Notes under the pieces: model-generated
Seen by the model: the letters and a program-made list of their open reading frames with translations, nothing else
What the model was told of the DNA's origin: nothing
The model's database searches: none
Program-made: the position numbers and the translations under genes
Shown: piece by piece, positions 18,212 to 28,028 of the stretch
Numbering within the stretch: the stretch's first letter is position 1
Layout: each line of letters begins with the position of its first letter
Origin: Patescibacteria group bacterium
Lineage (GTDB): Bacteria; Patescibacteriota; Minisyncoccia; Phycocordibacterales; PALSA-1337
Direction of reading: 5' to 3'
DNA length: 64,000 bases
Assembly: GCA_038065395.1 (NCBI GenBank)
Contig: JBBTRB010000003.1
Coordinates: 19,851-83,850 of the forward strand

Positions 18212-19409
18212 ATCTCCTCAAAACCTCATCTATCCTCTTTGCAATCTTCCTAAAATCTTTTTCCTTTTTGCCACGAGTCGTCTCTGCAGCAGTGCCGAGA
18301 CGGATACCGGATGGGTCAACTGCGCTGCGCGTCTCACCAGGGATGGTGTTCTTGTTCACGATGATGCCCACCTTCTCTAGTCGATCACTGGCATCTTTCC
18401 CTGAAATACCTTGCCCGCCCATCCAGGTGTCCATGAGGACAAGATGACTATCCGTGCCGCCAGAGATGATCTTCCAGCCGAGAGTCTTGAGTTCATCGGC
18501 CAATGCTGCAGCATTCTTCACCACCTGTGTAGCGTATTTTTTGAAAGCTGGAGTAGAGGCTTCTTTGAGTGCAACCGCTACCGCCGCGATCTGGTTGAGG
18601 TGAGGTCCACCCTGAAGTCCCGGGAATACCGCCTTGTCGATCAGCTCGCCGAAGGTCTGCTCTTTGCCTTTTGAATTTACGATCTTCTTATCAGTTCTTG
18701 AAAAGATCAGTGCACTGCGTGGACCACGGAGAGTCTTGTGTACCGTGGTAGTGACCACATCTGCATATGGGAATGGTGACGGATAGGCCTTGCCCGCAAC
18801 CAGTCCCGCGAAGTGCGACATATCCACCATCAGGATCGCACCACAGGCATCGGCGATCTCACGGAGCTTTTTGAAGTCTACCGTGCGCGGATATGCCGTG
18901 AATCCTCCGACGATGATCGCCGGCTTCTCGGACAGTGCCTTGGTCTTGAGATCTTCATAGTCGATAGTCTCAGTTTTGGGATCAACTCCGAACGGAACCT
19001 GGACCCACACCTTGCCGGTCATCGAAACTTTGTGACCATGAGTCAGATGTCCCCCGTGATCGAGTGACATACCCATGATCTTGCCTCCGAGCGGGACCAG
19101 TGCCAAATACACCGCCAGGTTCGCTGGTGATCCCGAGAGCGCCTGTACATTGACCTGCCACTCTGTAGGACTGAGACTGAATAATTTCAACGCGCGCTCT
19201 TGTGCCAGAGACTCGACCTTGTCGACGACCTGGTTACCACCATAATATCTCTTGCCTGGATAGCCTTCGGCGTATTTGTTGGTCAGTTCCGAACCCAATG
19301 CTTCGAGCACGTCTTTTGAGACTATGTTCTCTGAGGCAATGAGGTTGATGACGCTTTTCTGGCGCTTCTTCTCGGCATCTATGAGCTTTTTGATCTGGGC
19401 ATCTTTCAT
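18210..19409 (-). CDS. glyA: serine hydroxymethyltransferase
   Basis: 399 aa with TNKYAEGYPGKRYYGGNQVVD and the PLP-lysine context HKTLRGPR. Confidence 0.95.
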   Translation of the reverse strand: MKDAQIKKLIDAEKKRQKSVINLIASENIVSKDVLEALGSELTNKYAEGYPGKRYYGGNQVVDKVESLAQERALKLFSLSPTEWQVNVQALSGSPANLAVYLALVPLGGKIMGMSLDHGGHLTHGHKVSMTGKVWVQVPFGVDPKTETIDYEDLKTKALSEKPAIIVGGFTAYPRTVDFKKLREIADACGAILMVDMSHFAGLVAGKAYPSPFPYADVVTTTVHKTLRGPRSALIFSRTDKKIVNSKGKEQTFGELIDKAVFPGLQGGPHLNQIAAVAVALKEASTPAFKKYATQVVKNAAALADELKTLGWKIISGGTDSHLVLMDTWMGGQGISGKDASDRLEKVGIIVNKNTIPGETRSAVDPSGIRLGTAAETTRGKKEKDFRKIAKRIDEVLRR

Positions 19410-20568
19410 GGCGGCATTGTAGCATACCGATACAAAAAGGGGCCCACCTACTCAATCCTGAGAAGATGGGCCTTGAACTAAGAAGTTTTATGCAATCGTA
19501 TTGTTGAACTGAGAGACCCGAAACACTGAAGTCTGTAGATGCATGCCGGTGAGGAACCGTGGCGAGTAGTAAAACCGTAGCAAGATGTCACGGGGCACCT
19601 ATTGTTTCCAATTCAATCAGTCCGTCTCAGATAATACAACTTTCACAAGAATAGAAAAGGGCTCGCTGCACGAATGCAACGAGCCCGAATGCACGATCTA
19701 ACCAAGGATCGTAGTGGAGATGCGGCCCAATGGAACCGCGCAATATCTCGGCACAGACACCAGGAAGGGCGCTGACCGAGCTGCATCAGATTCAAACAAA
19801 GAACCGCACCTCCACATACAACTATAACCTATATGTGGAGAAAGTCAATGATTCAAGCTAGAACTTTAGTACACCTCTACCCCGTTCCACCCTTCGACCT
19901 ATAAAAGAAAGGGGGCTGCCATCTTGCGAATGGCAGCCCTTGTCTATACACATATGCTTTTAGACAGATCGATGCGCCAGAGAGTCCGAGTGATGCGCCG
20001 GGGGCGGTTGAGGGAACCTGAAGAGACCTAGTAGCTATAGGTCGGCATTACTCGGAACGACACGACCAGTCCGCCGACTATAATAGACCCTTCATCCCCA
20101 TGCAGTCAACAGGTTATCCACCGAGTTGTGCACAGGAACAATTCTCCGCAGGTTAAGAGCGTATCCACAATCTTCATATGCGAGGCAGCTTCGAGCGAAG
20201 ACTCGAGCCTTATTCCGGCTAACGAGGAGCGCGTGAATGTATCCTACATTCACAGCGTCCGAGTGAAGACGGGACAAGTGAATCTTATTGGATATAAGGT
20301 GAGAGTTTGAGCGAAGAAGATAACGAAGCAGATGGAGATTGTGGCCTAGCTCTAAGAAAAAAGACCGTCCCGAAGGAAGGTCTTGAGATTGGTCGGTGTC
20401 GAGGTCAGGTCTAACGGAACCTATGCAGCCAGGCTTGGTTGACCCAGGAAGGATCGGTCGAAGTACCCCCATATCTAAGTATTCTCACACAGGTCAAAGA
20501 AGATGGTTGCCACAATGAGCCCTCGACACCGGCCATAGAGAGTAGCGTGTTATGAGGATGAAGTCAAT
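19410..20568. other. ~1.15 kb ORF-poor hairpin-rich region; candidate large structured ncRNA or decayed element
   Basis: Only low-complexity short ORFs. Many perfect 6-10 bp hairpins. Contains one copy each of the 38-nt promoter-like motif (19878) and the 40-nt motif shared with 33783. Confidence 0.3.
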
Positions 20569-20991
20569 CTATTTCCCTGTACTACCAAAACCCCCTTGTC
20601 CTCTCGTTGTATCAGTAAGCTCTGAAACCTCCTCAATTTCCATCTGCTCCACTTTTTGGATAAGAATTTGTGCAACTTTATGACCAGCTTCAAACACATA
20701 TTCTTCTGCAGAAAGATTGATCGTACCAACAAGGACTTCACCCCTATATCCCGCATCAACCACTCCACCCAGTGTTTTGATACCCTCTTTTATAGCAATA
20801 CCACTCTTATCCCAGATCAGCCCCACATACCCTTCAGGAATCTCCAGAGCAATACCCGTACGAACAGCCTTTCGTTCCCCTGATTTCAGAATGGTCTTTT
20901 CCAGAGCATAGAGATCCAGGCCCGCATCATACTCATGTGCACGTGAGGGTAGCTTCGCGGCAGGATCAAGTTTTTTGATACGGAGGATCAT
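20569..20991 (-). CDS. dut: dUTP diphosphatase
   Basis: 140 aa with AGLDLYA, RTGIALEIPEGYVGLIWDKSGIA and GVVDAGYRGE motifs. Confidence 0.85.
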   Translation of the reverse strand: MILRIKKLDPAAKLPSRAHEYDAGLDLYALEKTILKSGERKAVRTGIALEIPEGYVGLIWDKSGIAIKEGIKTLGGVVDAGYRGEVLVGTINLSAEEYVFEAGHKVAQILIQKVEQMEIEEVSELTDTTRGQGGFGSTGK

Positions 20992-21043
20992 GATGCCTTT
21001 ATAGTATCACGACAATACATTTGGAAAATGATATATTTGTGCC

Positions 21044-21955
21044 ATGAAACCTACCGACCAAAGAACTCCCGATTCTCAATATCAACGCTTGCTTCGAGAT
21101 ATCCTAGAAAAGGGTGAACGAAGTAGTAGTCAGCAAGGAGTTGATACCATCAGTCTGATCGGTCCTTCACCACTTCGTTTCAAACTTGAGAATGGTTTCC
21201 CTATTATCAATGAACGCAACATGGCGCCGAAAGAGTCTGACCGGCTACCTGTGACTGTATGGAAGCAGGCTATAGGAGAAATATGCGCCTTTGCAAATGG
21301 TGTACGTACCCAGAAAGGTCTCGAAGAGTTTGGATGTCACTGGTGGAGCTCGTGGGTCACCGAAGAAAAATGCAAAAAGCGTGGTCTTGAAACTGGCGAT
21401 CTCGGACCAGGTTCGTATGGCGCAGCATTCCACGACTTTCCTACTGCCGAGGGTACGCCTTACAATCAATTCCAAAATATCATCGAACAGATCATCGAGT
21501 TCCCTCATCTGAAAACTCATTTCATTTCCCCTTGGATCCCTCAGTACATCATTCGAGGAACAGGTAAACAGCAAAAAGTAGTTGTATGTCCATGTCATGG
21601 CTGGATTCATTTTCGTGTACTGGATAACAAGTTGACCCTTCACATGTTCCAACGTTCCGGAGACGTACCAGTAGGCGTTCCTTCGAACATGGTTCAGTAT
21701 GCGGCCCTCCTTATGATGGTTGCGCAGGTTACCAACACTATCCCTTATGAATTCGTTCATAGCTTTTCGGATGCACATATCTTCGTAGATCAAATCCCTG
21801 CAGTCGAGACGATGCTTGCACGTGAACCAAAACCATTTGCAACCATGAAGATCGATACCTCTGTCAAAGACTTTTTTGAGTTCAGAAAAGATCATTTCAC
21901 TCTCGAAGATTACAATCCTCATCCAGGAATAAAAGGTATTCCTGTTGCAATATAA
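21044..21955 (+). CDS. thymidylate synthase (ThyA) family protein, divergent
   Basis: CPCHGWIHFRV (catalytic Cys), FQRSGDVPVGVPSNMVQY (R, S, D, N conserved), DLGPGSYG and HPGIKGIPVAI. Phosphate-binding Arg positions appear substituted (by-eye alignment). Confidence 0.75.
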   Translation: MKPTDQRTPDSQYQRLLRDILEKGERSSSQQGVDTISLIGPSPLRFKLENGFPIINERNMAPKESDRLPVTVWKQAIGEICAFANGVRTQKGLEEFGCHWWSSWVTEEKCKKRGLETGDLGPGSYGAAFHDFPTAEGTPYNQFQNIIEQIIEFPHLKTHFISPWIPQYIIRGTGKQQKVVVCPCHGWIHFRVLDNKLTLHMFQRSGDVPVGVPSNMVQYAALLMMVAQVTNTIPYEFVHSFSDAHIFVDQIPAVETMLAREPKPFATMKIDTSVKDFFEFRKDHFTLEDYNPHPGIKGIPVAI

Positions 21956-22008
21956 GGGGATAAAAAGCCTTAAATTAAGATGCAAATTAGGATATAATAA
22001 GATTCTCA

Positions 22009-22497
22009 ATGAATCGTTACATAAACCTTGCGAATGTTCGGGAAGAAGAACAGCTGAAGGTCATGGCCGAGATTAATATTCAAGGTCATTGTCCTTTTTG
22101 TACTGAAAATATACAGAAATATCACAAAAAACCCATAATCAAGGAAGGAAAGTATTGGTTTTTAACAGAAAATCAGTGGCCTTATACAAATACCAAACAT
22201 CAACTTTTGGCAATTCATAAAAAACACATAGAACATATTACCGAGATGGAAAAGGAGGCTGGAGCAGAATTAATAGAACTTTTTAACGAAGAATCCTTAA
22301 AAAGAAATATTATTGGTGGTGGAATAGCAATACGATTTGGAACCAATCCAGATAAAGGTAATTATGGCAGTACTGTTGCACATATTCATGCCCACTTAAT
22401 TGAACCAGATTTGGAAGCTCTAAAATCTGATGAATCTTGGAAATTCAAGTTTGGCCAACCAAAAAACTACCAGAAAGGAAAAAGGAAGGATGATTGA
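22009..22497 (+). CDS. HIT superfamily protein, GalT-branch-like
   Basis: HCPFC zinc knuckle plus VAHIHAHLIEP histidine triad; 162 aa. Confidence 0.55.
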   Translation: MNRYINLANVREEEQLKVMAEINIQGHCPFCTENIQKYHKKPIIKEGKYWFLTENQWPYTNTKHQLLAIHKKHIEHITEMEKEAGAELIELFNEESLKRNIIGGGIAIRFGTNPDKGNYGSTVAHIHAHLIEPDLEALKSDESWKFKFGQPKNYQKGKRKDD

Positions 22498-22563
22498 CAA
22501 AGTCTTTTTTCTCTATAGTATTGCGATTGGACTGTAGTAAACAATTGAAAACGAAAGGTATGT

Positions 22564-23160
22564 ATGAACTCTTTGTCACTCCCTGTTATTCTGGGACTTT
22601 CTGAGCATCAGGTTCAGACTCTCGTTAACTGCCGAACACTCAAACAGTATGCGAGCATGATTGCGGATTACTTGGCGGGCAAATGCCCTTTCTGTGATCC
22701 GCTCGACAGTAAAAATCGCATTCTTGTCCAGCACGGGAATACTCCCGAAACTCGCTGGAGAATCTGGGAAAATCCATTCCCACTCAAACACACGAGCCTT
22801 CATCTGGTCATGGCGCCAGAACGGCACGTTTCTCCGAATGCAGATATCCTTCCTACGGACATGGAAGCGATGACGCACCTTTTTCTCTGGGCCAAGAATG
22901 GCTATGGTGCCAGAGGTGGTTGCCTTGCAATGAGATTCGGCCCACCGAACTTCAATGCGGGTAGCGTTCTTCATTTGCACGCCAACATCATTGTTCCTGA
23001 TGGCACAGGTAGAGTCCATGTGACTTTGGCCAAAGAAAATAAAGAGATCACCGAAAATGTTCGACGGATGCATGTTTTCGAACGCCTTCGTACAAACAAA
23101 ACGACTCCGAAATACCTGAGCCCTGATGAGCGTGAACTAGTCAAAGGGCGTCTTGAATAG
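22564..23160 (+). CDS. HIT superfamily protein, GalT-branch-like (tandem paralog)
   Basis: KCPFCDP plus GSVLHLHANIIVP triad; 198 aa. Confidence 0.55.
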   Translation: MNSLSLPVILGLSEHQVQTLVNCRTLKQYASMIADYLAGKCPFCDPLDSKNRILVQHGNTPETRWRIWENPFPLKHTSLHLVMAPERHVSPNADILPTDMEAMTHLFLWAKNGYGARGGCLAMRFGPPNFNAGSVLHLHANIIVPDGTGRVHVTLAKENKEITENVRRMHVFERLRTNKTTPKYLSPDERELVKGRLE

Positions 23161-23177
23161 CCGTTTGGATGACTCTA

Positions 23178-23208
23178 CCTCTTGCGAGAAAATCGCGGGA
23201 GGTTTTTT
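23178..23208. terminator. bidirectional intrinsic terminator
   Basis: cctcttgcga-gaaaa-tcgcgggagg (with G-U pairs) followed by TTTTTT, between converging genes. Confidence 0.5.
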
Positions 23209-24043
23209 ATTTTACATCAACAAAAACAATTTCTACCCCCTGGCTTCGTAGAATACTTTCTCCATCGAGCACTTTATATCCTGTACGATAATAAAGTCGC
23301 CGAATACCTGCATATGCGAGTTGCTTTGCACATGGAGGGCACGGAAACGCTTCCGCGTACACGTCTGCCCCCTTGAGAGATATTCCCTCTTTTGCAGCCT
23401 CAGCCACCAGTCCCGCCTCTGCATGTAGAGCAAGAGATGATTCTAGATGAATCCCGCTTTTAAAATTACTTCGAGGATCACCTTGATCATACGCTATCTG
23501 ATCCGAAGGAACGTATCTGTTGTGCGTCTTGAGGATAACCTTACCATCTTTCACTGCAATAGCCCCCAACCGACGCCACCAATCTTTCGCTTTCACACCC
23601 TCTTCTTCCGTCACGCTCATCATTTTCTTATCAAATTCATCCTCACTTATCGTAATATCTGGAGAAACCTGGATTGGTTCAACTGCGGTTTTTTTATCCC
23701 ATCGAAGGAAAATGGTATCTATTTCTACTCGATTTTTTGAAAAATATCTTTCTTTTATTTCAGACGTCACATCATCATTTGGTATGCATATATGAAGATC
23801 TACAAATTCAGGATTTCCAATGTCCTCCTTATGCAAAATCCTTACATCCTTGAAAAGATTCCAAGCTGAAACAGCTTGTACTATCAATTCTGGATTCAAT
23901 GCTCGAATATCTTTTTTCAAATGTTCAAACTCAGAAATAAAATCTAACCCTACCACGTAGAGAATATTCGCATCTGCATGCTTTTTAAAAAACGTTCTAT
24001 ATCCCTCATGAAGTACAGGAATATATGCAATGATTATTTTCAT
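23207..24043 (-). CDS. CMP/dCMP-type zinc deaminase with an N-terminal domain of unknown function
   Basis: C-terminal HAEAGLVAEAAKEG...PCPPCAKQLAYAGIRRLYY (H(A)E...PCxxC). Start chosen at MKIIIAYIP adjacent to the upstream stop. Confidence 0.65.
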   Translation of the reverse strand: MKIIIAYIPVLHEGYRTFFKKHADANILYVVGLDFISEFEHLKKDIRALNPELIVQAVSAWNLFKDVRILHKEDIGNPEFVDLHICIPNDDVTSEIKERYFSKNRVEIDTIFLRWDKKTAVEPIQVSPDITISEDEFDKKMMSVTEEEGVKAKDWWRRLGAIAVKDGKVILKTHNRYVPSDQIAYDQGDPRSNFKSGIHLESSLALHAEAGLVAEAAKEGISLKGADVYAEAFPCPPCAKQLAYAGIRRLYYRTGYKVLDGESILRSQGVEIVFVDVK

Positions 24044-24044
24044 A

Positions 24045-24668
24045 TTATTTTCTCTTCCCTCCCGTATGTCCCAAGGCATCACTGATCATGTCTGCAAGCT
24101 TGGGAACGATGGCTTTCTCGAAGCGTTTGGCAAGTTTGAGTTGCATCAGACGAATCTTTGCACTTGTAGAAGTAGTTGCGCGTGGTTCCAAGATTTTTAC
24201 CTCTCCACACAACTTTTTCATTTCATTCATTTTGGCCTTACTATACTTTGCAACTGTTTCTTGCGTAACAATGAGTACATCAGGCTGAACAACGCGTATG
24301 AGTTCCCATTGCGGCATTCCCTCTTCTTTAACGGTCACGATGTCGACAGGGCGAAGATGAGTAACCATCTCCAAACGTTCCTTTTCTGGAACCAGTGGAC
24401 GATCTGGGCCTTTGCGGGCACGAACCTTCTTGTCACTATCAACTCCAACCACAAGGAGATCCCCATGCTTCTTGGCTTCTTCGAAGTAACGAGCATGACC
24501 AATATGAACCATATCGTACGTTCCTTGAGTAAGAACGATCCTCAGACCAATACCTTTACAATGATCGACGATTTTCTTGAGATGTTTGTAATCAGAAATA
24601 AAACGCTCATTAAAGTTTGAACCGTGTCCGAATATACCTCCATTAGTGAAAAATCCTTTGGTAGTCAT
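24045..24668 (-). CDS. cytidylyltransferase-like nucleotidyltransferase (HldE domain II / RfaE-like)
   Basis: VLTQGTYDMVHIGHARYFEEAKKHGDLLVVGVDSD resembles the TNGCFDxxHxGH adenylyltransferase core. Confidence 0.65.
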   Translation of the reverse strand: MTTKGFFTNGGIFGHGSNFNERFISDYKHLKKIVDHCKGIGLRIVLTQGTYDMVHIGHARYFEEAKKHGDLLVVGVDSDKKVRARKGPDRPLVPEKERLEMVTHLRPVDIVTVKEEGMPQWELIRVVQPDVLIVTQETVAKYSKAKMNEMKKLCGEVKILEPRATTSTSAKIRLMQLKLAKRFEKAIVPKLADMISDALGHTGGKRK

Positions 24669-24727
24669 GATGGTGTTTATGAGTGTATCTTAACTTATCA
24701 TATTACACCTCATGCTACAATAATCCT

Positions 24728-25237
24728 ATGCAAACCTTCATCATCGCCGCCCTGTCAGCAGATGGATACATCGCTCGAGATGCACGACACGCTTCGCTCG
24801 CCTGGACGAGCAAAGAAGACAAGCGACGGTTCATCGAGCTGACCAAACGCGCTGGAGTTGTGGTGATGGGCTCGACTACCTATGCAACACTCCAGCGACC
24901 GCTCAAAGAACGCGTCAATATCGTCTACTCTACTTCGAAGAAGTTCGAGGGTGCCGAGACGACCAACAAACCCCCTTTCGAACTTCTGGCCGAGCTCAAG
25001 GAACGCGGCTTCAAAGAAGTAGCCATCTGTGGAGGTGCCCATATCTACACCATGTTCATGAAGGCCAAGGTCGTCGACAAACTCTACCTCACCATCGAAC
25101 CGATCATCTTTGGTTCAGGAGTCAGACTCTTCAACGAAGACCTGACCCATCATCTCAAACTCGTTGCCTGCGGACAGACCGAGGGTGGTGCGATCCTTCT
25201 GGAATACGATGTACTTCAGTCAGGAAACGTTGAGTGA
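24728..25237 (+). CDS. dihydrofolate reductase family protein
   Basis: MQTFIIAALSADGYIA...VVVMGSTTYATLQRPLKERVNIVYS matches DHFR N-terminal and NADPH-binding patterns. Confidence 0.65.
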   Translation: MQTFIIAALSADGYIARDARHASLAWTSKEDKRRFIELTKRAGVVVMGSTTYATLQRPLKERVNIVYSTSKKFEGAETTNKPPFELLAELKERGFKEVAICGGAHIYTMFMKAKVVDKLYLTIEPIIFGSGVRLFNEDLTHHLKLVACGQTEGGAILLEYDVLQSGNVE

Positions 25238-25253
25238 TAATGACCCTGGTTTT

Positions 25254-25431
25254 GTCATCCCCGCGAAGGCGGGGATCCAGGAGTAAGGGCGTAGCTACTT
25301 ACTTAACTCTATACAATTACAAAAGTCAGCATCATGTACATGAATGCTGACTTTCTGTTTTCTGTGATTAGATAAACCGATCGAACCATATACTGAAAGT
25401 GATTCTGGATCCCCGCCTTCGCGGGGATGAC
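25254..25431. repeat. RPE-like palindromic repeat element, long form (copy 3)
   Basis: Arms gtcatccccgcgaaggcggggatccaggag / attctggatccccgccttcgcggggatgac flank an AT-rich core with a perfect 9-bp hairpin agtcagcat...atgctgact. Confidence 0.8.
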
Positions 25432-25438
25432 ACGCAAT

Positions 25439-25861
25439 TTACTTCACCTCCACTCCCATCTGTCTTGCAGTACCTGCAACGATCTTCATGGCAGCATCGA
25501 CATCGTTGGCATTGAGGTCAGGCATCTTGCGCTCGGCGATCTCTTTGAGTTGCGCCTTGGTCAGAGTGCCTACCTTGGTGAGGTTCGGTTTGCCTGAACC
25601 CTTGTCTTTCTTGAGGGCTTTGAGGATAAGACTCGAGGTCGGAGGAGTCTTGAGGACGAAGTCGTATGAACGATCTTCGTAGACAGAGATGACCACGGGG
25701 ATCATATCTCCGATCTTGTCTTTGGTGGCATCGTTGAACTTCTTGGTGAAGTCGCCAATGTTAACACCAGCCTGACCAAGGGTCGGACCGAGTGGTGGAG
25801 CTGGGGTTGCCTTGCCTGCTGGGGCGATGACTTTTACTTTCTTTACAATCTTTTTTGCCAT
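25439..25861 (-). CDS. rplK: 50S ribosomal protein L11
   Basis: [35 protein letters not shown]... Confidence 0.95.
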   Translation of the reverse strand: MAKKIVKKVKVIAPAGKATPAPPLGPTLGQAGVNIGDFTKKFNDATKDKIGDMIPVVISVYEDRSYDFVLKTPPTSSLILKALKKDKGSGKPNLTKVGTLTKAQLKEIAERKMPDLNANDVDAAMKIVAGTARQMGVEVK

Positions 25862-25881
25862 AGTAGTAGATGGATATTACA

Positions 25882-26427
25882 TTAAACCTTCTTGACTTGC
25901 AAGAAGTCGAGCTCGACTGGTGTTTCGCGACCGAACATCGAGACGAGCACTTTGACCTTGCCACGCTGAGTGTCGATCTCGCTGACCTTGCCTTCGAAGT
26001 CCTTGAATGGGCCGTCACTGACCTTGATCAGGTCACCTGGCGTGAGGTCGATGGTGTGTTCTGCATTATTGTTAGACATACGGTCGAAGAGTGACTTGAG
26101 ATCCTTTGCGTCGATCGGAACCGGAGAGACTCCTGCGCCGACGAAGCCAGTCACGCGTGGAGTGTTGCGAACTACATACCATGAATCATCGTTGACGATC
26201 ATCTCTACGAGGACGTAGCCTGGGTAGATCTTCTCTTCTTCTTCGACACGCTTGCCAGACTTGATCTTGATCTTCTTCTCTGTTGGGACGATCACATTGA
26301 AGATGCGGTCCTCCATACCGAGAGACTCGATACGCTGTTTGAGGTTGCGCGCAACGGCATTCTCATAGCCAGCATACGTATGGATGGCGTACCAATTGCG
26401 TTCCCCTGTTGAGTGTTGTTTGGACAT
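25882..26427 (-). CDS. nusG: transcription termination/antitermination protein NusG
   Basis: 181 aa with an NGN domain and C-terminal KOW (GDLIKVSDGPFKDFEGKVSEID). Confidence 0.9.
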   Translation of the reverse strand: MSKQHSTGERNWYAIHTYAGYENAVARNLKQRIESLGMEDRIFNVIVPTEKKIKIKSGKRVEEEEKIYPGYVLVEMIVNDDSWYVVRNTPRVTGFVGAGVSPVPIDAKDLKSLFDRMSNNNAEHTIDLTPGDLIKVSDGPFKDFEGKVSEIDTQRGKVKVLVSMFGRETPVELDFLQVKKV

Positions 26428-26442
26428 AGGAATAAAAAGATA

Positions 26443-26619
26443 TTAGAAGAGCAAGGTCAGAAGCTTCGAAAATACGAAGTCTGCAACTCCGAGCAATGCT
26501 GCGGTGAGGATAGAGATAGCAACGACCAAGAGAGTGAAGTTGAGTGTCTGGTTACGACTTGGCCAGACGACATGACTCATCTCGACCTGTGTTTGTTTGA
26601 TGTATTCGTTGAGTTTCAT
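26443..26619 (-). CDS. secE: preprotein translocase subunit SecE
   Basis: MKLNEYIKQTQVEMSHVVWPSRNQTLNFTLLVVAISIL... with a single TM. The upstream ATG options would overlap a terminator. Confidence 0.65.
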   Translation of the reverse strand: MKLNEYIKQTQVEMSHVVWPSRNQTLNFTLLVVAISILTAALLGVADFVFSKLLTLLF

Positions 26620-26638
26620 ATGTGTATGCTCTGTTATT

Positions 26639-26662
26639 AAAAAACCCCTCGGGGGGATTGAT
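26639..26662 (-). terminator. intrinsic terminator
   Basis: Minus strand reads CCCCCCGAGGGG followed by TTTTTT. Confidence 0.5.
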
Positions 26663-26713
26663 ATATGCAGGATATCATTACGAATTGCCGAAGTCAAGCC
26701 TTTATTTTGAGAA

Positions 26714-27124
26714 TTAGCTCAAAAATGTAGCCGCTAATCCGTATACCCCTGGCAAACATATGAGCACTAAAAATAACCAGATTACCACCTTGAGCAACTT
26801 AATTCCTTTCTCTTTGGCTTTGCCATACAGAAGACCTAAAACACTGCCTATCAAGAACCAAGAGATTGAACCGTACACATAATATAATCCGAAATGATTC
26901 AAACGAACTGAGTGAAGCAAGGTCGAGGTGATCATCTCATAGAGAATAAAAGGTAACGCATTTGGAAAAAACATTACAATCAAATCACTGAAGCCTGTAG
27001 GATTTTTGACTCCGGGCAAATTCAACATCCATAAAGAAAATAATATGTTGAGTAATGCGAGACTCATACCCCACCACAACCAATATTTCTTCGATGACAT
27101 GTATTTATTATAACTCTTCGTCAA
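26714..27124 (-). CDS. hypothetical membrane protein
   Basis: 136 aa with 4 predicted TM segments. Confidence 0.45.
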   Translation of the reverse strand: MTKSYNKYMSSKKYWLWWGMSLALLNILFSLWMLNLPGVKNPTGFSDLIVMFFPNALPFILYEMITSTLLHSVRLNHFGLYYVYGSISWFLIGSVLGLLYGKAKEKGIKLLKVVIWLFLVLICLPGVYGLAATFLS

Positions 27125-27197
27125 ACAAAAAACACCCCGACATCATATCGAGGTGTTTTTCCAGTTACGAGTTACTTTTTTCTTGATTACTTGTGAC

Positions 27198-27986
27198 TTA
27201 CTTTATCTCATACGTCACTGTGACTCTCGACACGATCTCCTGTTCCCCTGTTGGGATCATAGGTGCTGCGGCATTCTTGACTGCTGATGCCTCCATCATG
27301 TCACCGCCACGACCGTAGTAGTACGGATTCATATCGTCACTAGAATCATAGAAACTGGTGATGCGGACGATACGGACACCGAGCTGTTTCGAAAGCTCCT
27401 TGGCTTTGGTCTGAGCATCAGCGATAGCCTTTGCACGAGCCTTGGCCTTCACGGTTTCGATATCATCGATCGAGAATGCAAGGTTATTGACGGTATCAAC
27501 ACCAAGTGCGCCGATCGTACTGAAGACTTCTCCAGCCTTGGCGATGTCACGGATTTTGACATCTATGTTCTGACTGACTTCATAGCCGATCAAGACACTC
27601 TTGCTTGGAGGGCATGAGTACATGGTACATACGCCCTGGGTGTACTCGTAATTTGGGTTGATAGAGTACGAGGTAGTCTTGATGTCCTTCTCTGCGATAC
27701 CTGCCTCCTCGAGAGCCGCGAGAGCCGCGTTGATACGCTTGGTAGCGGCTTCTTGTGCGACAGCGACCTGTTTGTTGGTCTCAGTTACACCGAATGAGAA
27801 CGTAGCGACATCAGGGATACTGACTTCTTCGCCTTTGCCACTGACTGATATGCTGTTGAAGACTGGTGTGTCCTTGCCAACATATCCGATAGCCTTGAAC
27901 TCTTTGATAGAAATAACCGCAAGGAATACTGCGAGGAGTATCCCGACCCACATGCCCACTTTCCATACTTTTTCTTGAATATTCAT
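27198..27986 (-). CDS. SIMPL domain (DUF541/BP26-like) periplasmic protein
   Basis: N-terminal TM/signal, then KDIKTTSYSINPNYEY and a C-terminal Ala/Lys-rich helix, typical of SIMPL proteins. Confidence 0.65.
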   Translation of the reverse strand: MNIQEKVWKVGMWVGILLAVFLAVISIKEFKAIGYVGKDTPVFNSISVSGKGEEVSIPDVATFSFGVTETNKQVAVAQEAATKRINAALAALEEAGIAEKDIKTTSYSINPNYEYTQGVCTMYSCPPSKSVLIGYEVSQNIDVKIRDIAKAGEVFSTIGALGVDTVNNLAFSIDDIETVKAKARAKAIADAQTKAKELSKQLGVRIVRITSFYDSSDDMNPYYYGRGGDMMEASAVKNAAAPMIPTGEQEIVSRVTVTYEIK

Positions 27987-28028
27987 ATAGATATATTTAT
28001 CTGGTAATTACGTTCATTATACATGCGT

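Noticed and set aside
20092-20472. 126-aa ORF inside the 19410-20568 gap
   Set aside because: It is Leu/Ser/Arg-rich and low-complexity with no RBS, so more likely chance within a structured non-coding region.
19410-20568. RNase P RNA, tmRNA, SRP RNA or group II intron in the glyA-dut gap
   Set aside because: No tRNA-like tmRNA ends, no RNase P P4 / ACAGAAAGU-like motifs, no GUGYG...AY intron boundaries and no domain V consensus were recognisable by eye.
21245-22009. 254-aa minus-strand ORF antisense to the ThyA homolog
   Set aside because: ThyA motifs are on the plus strand; this frame has no features.
26443-26697. 84-aa version of secE
   Set aside because: The extension would read through an intrinsic terminator hairpin. 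The internal ATG at 26619 gives a typical ~58-aa SecE.
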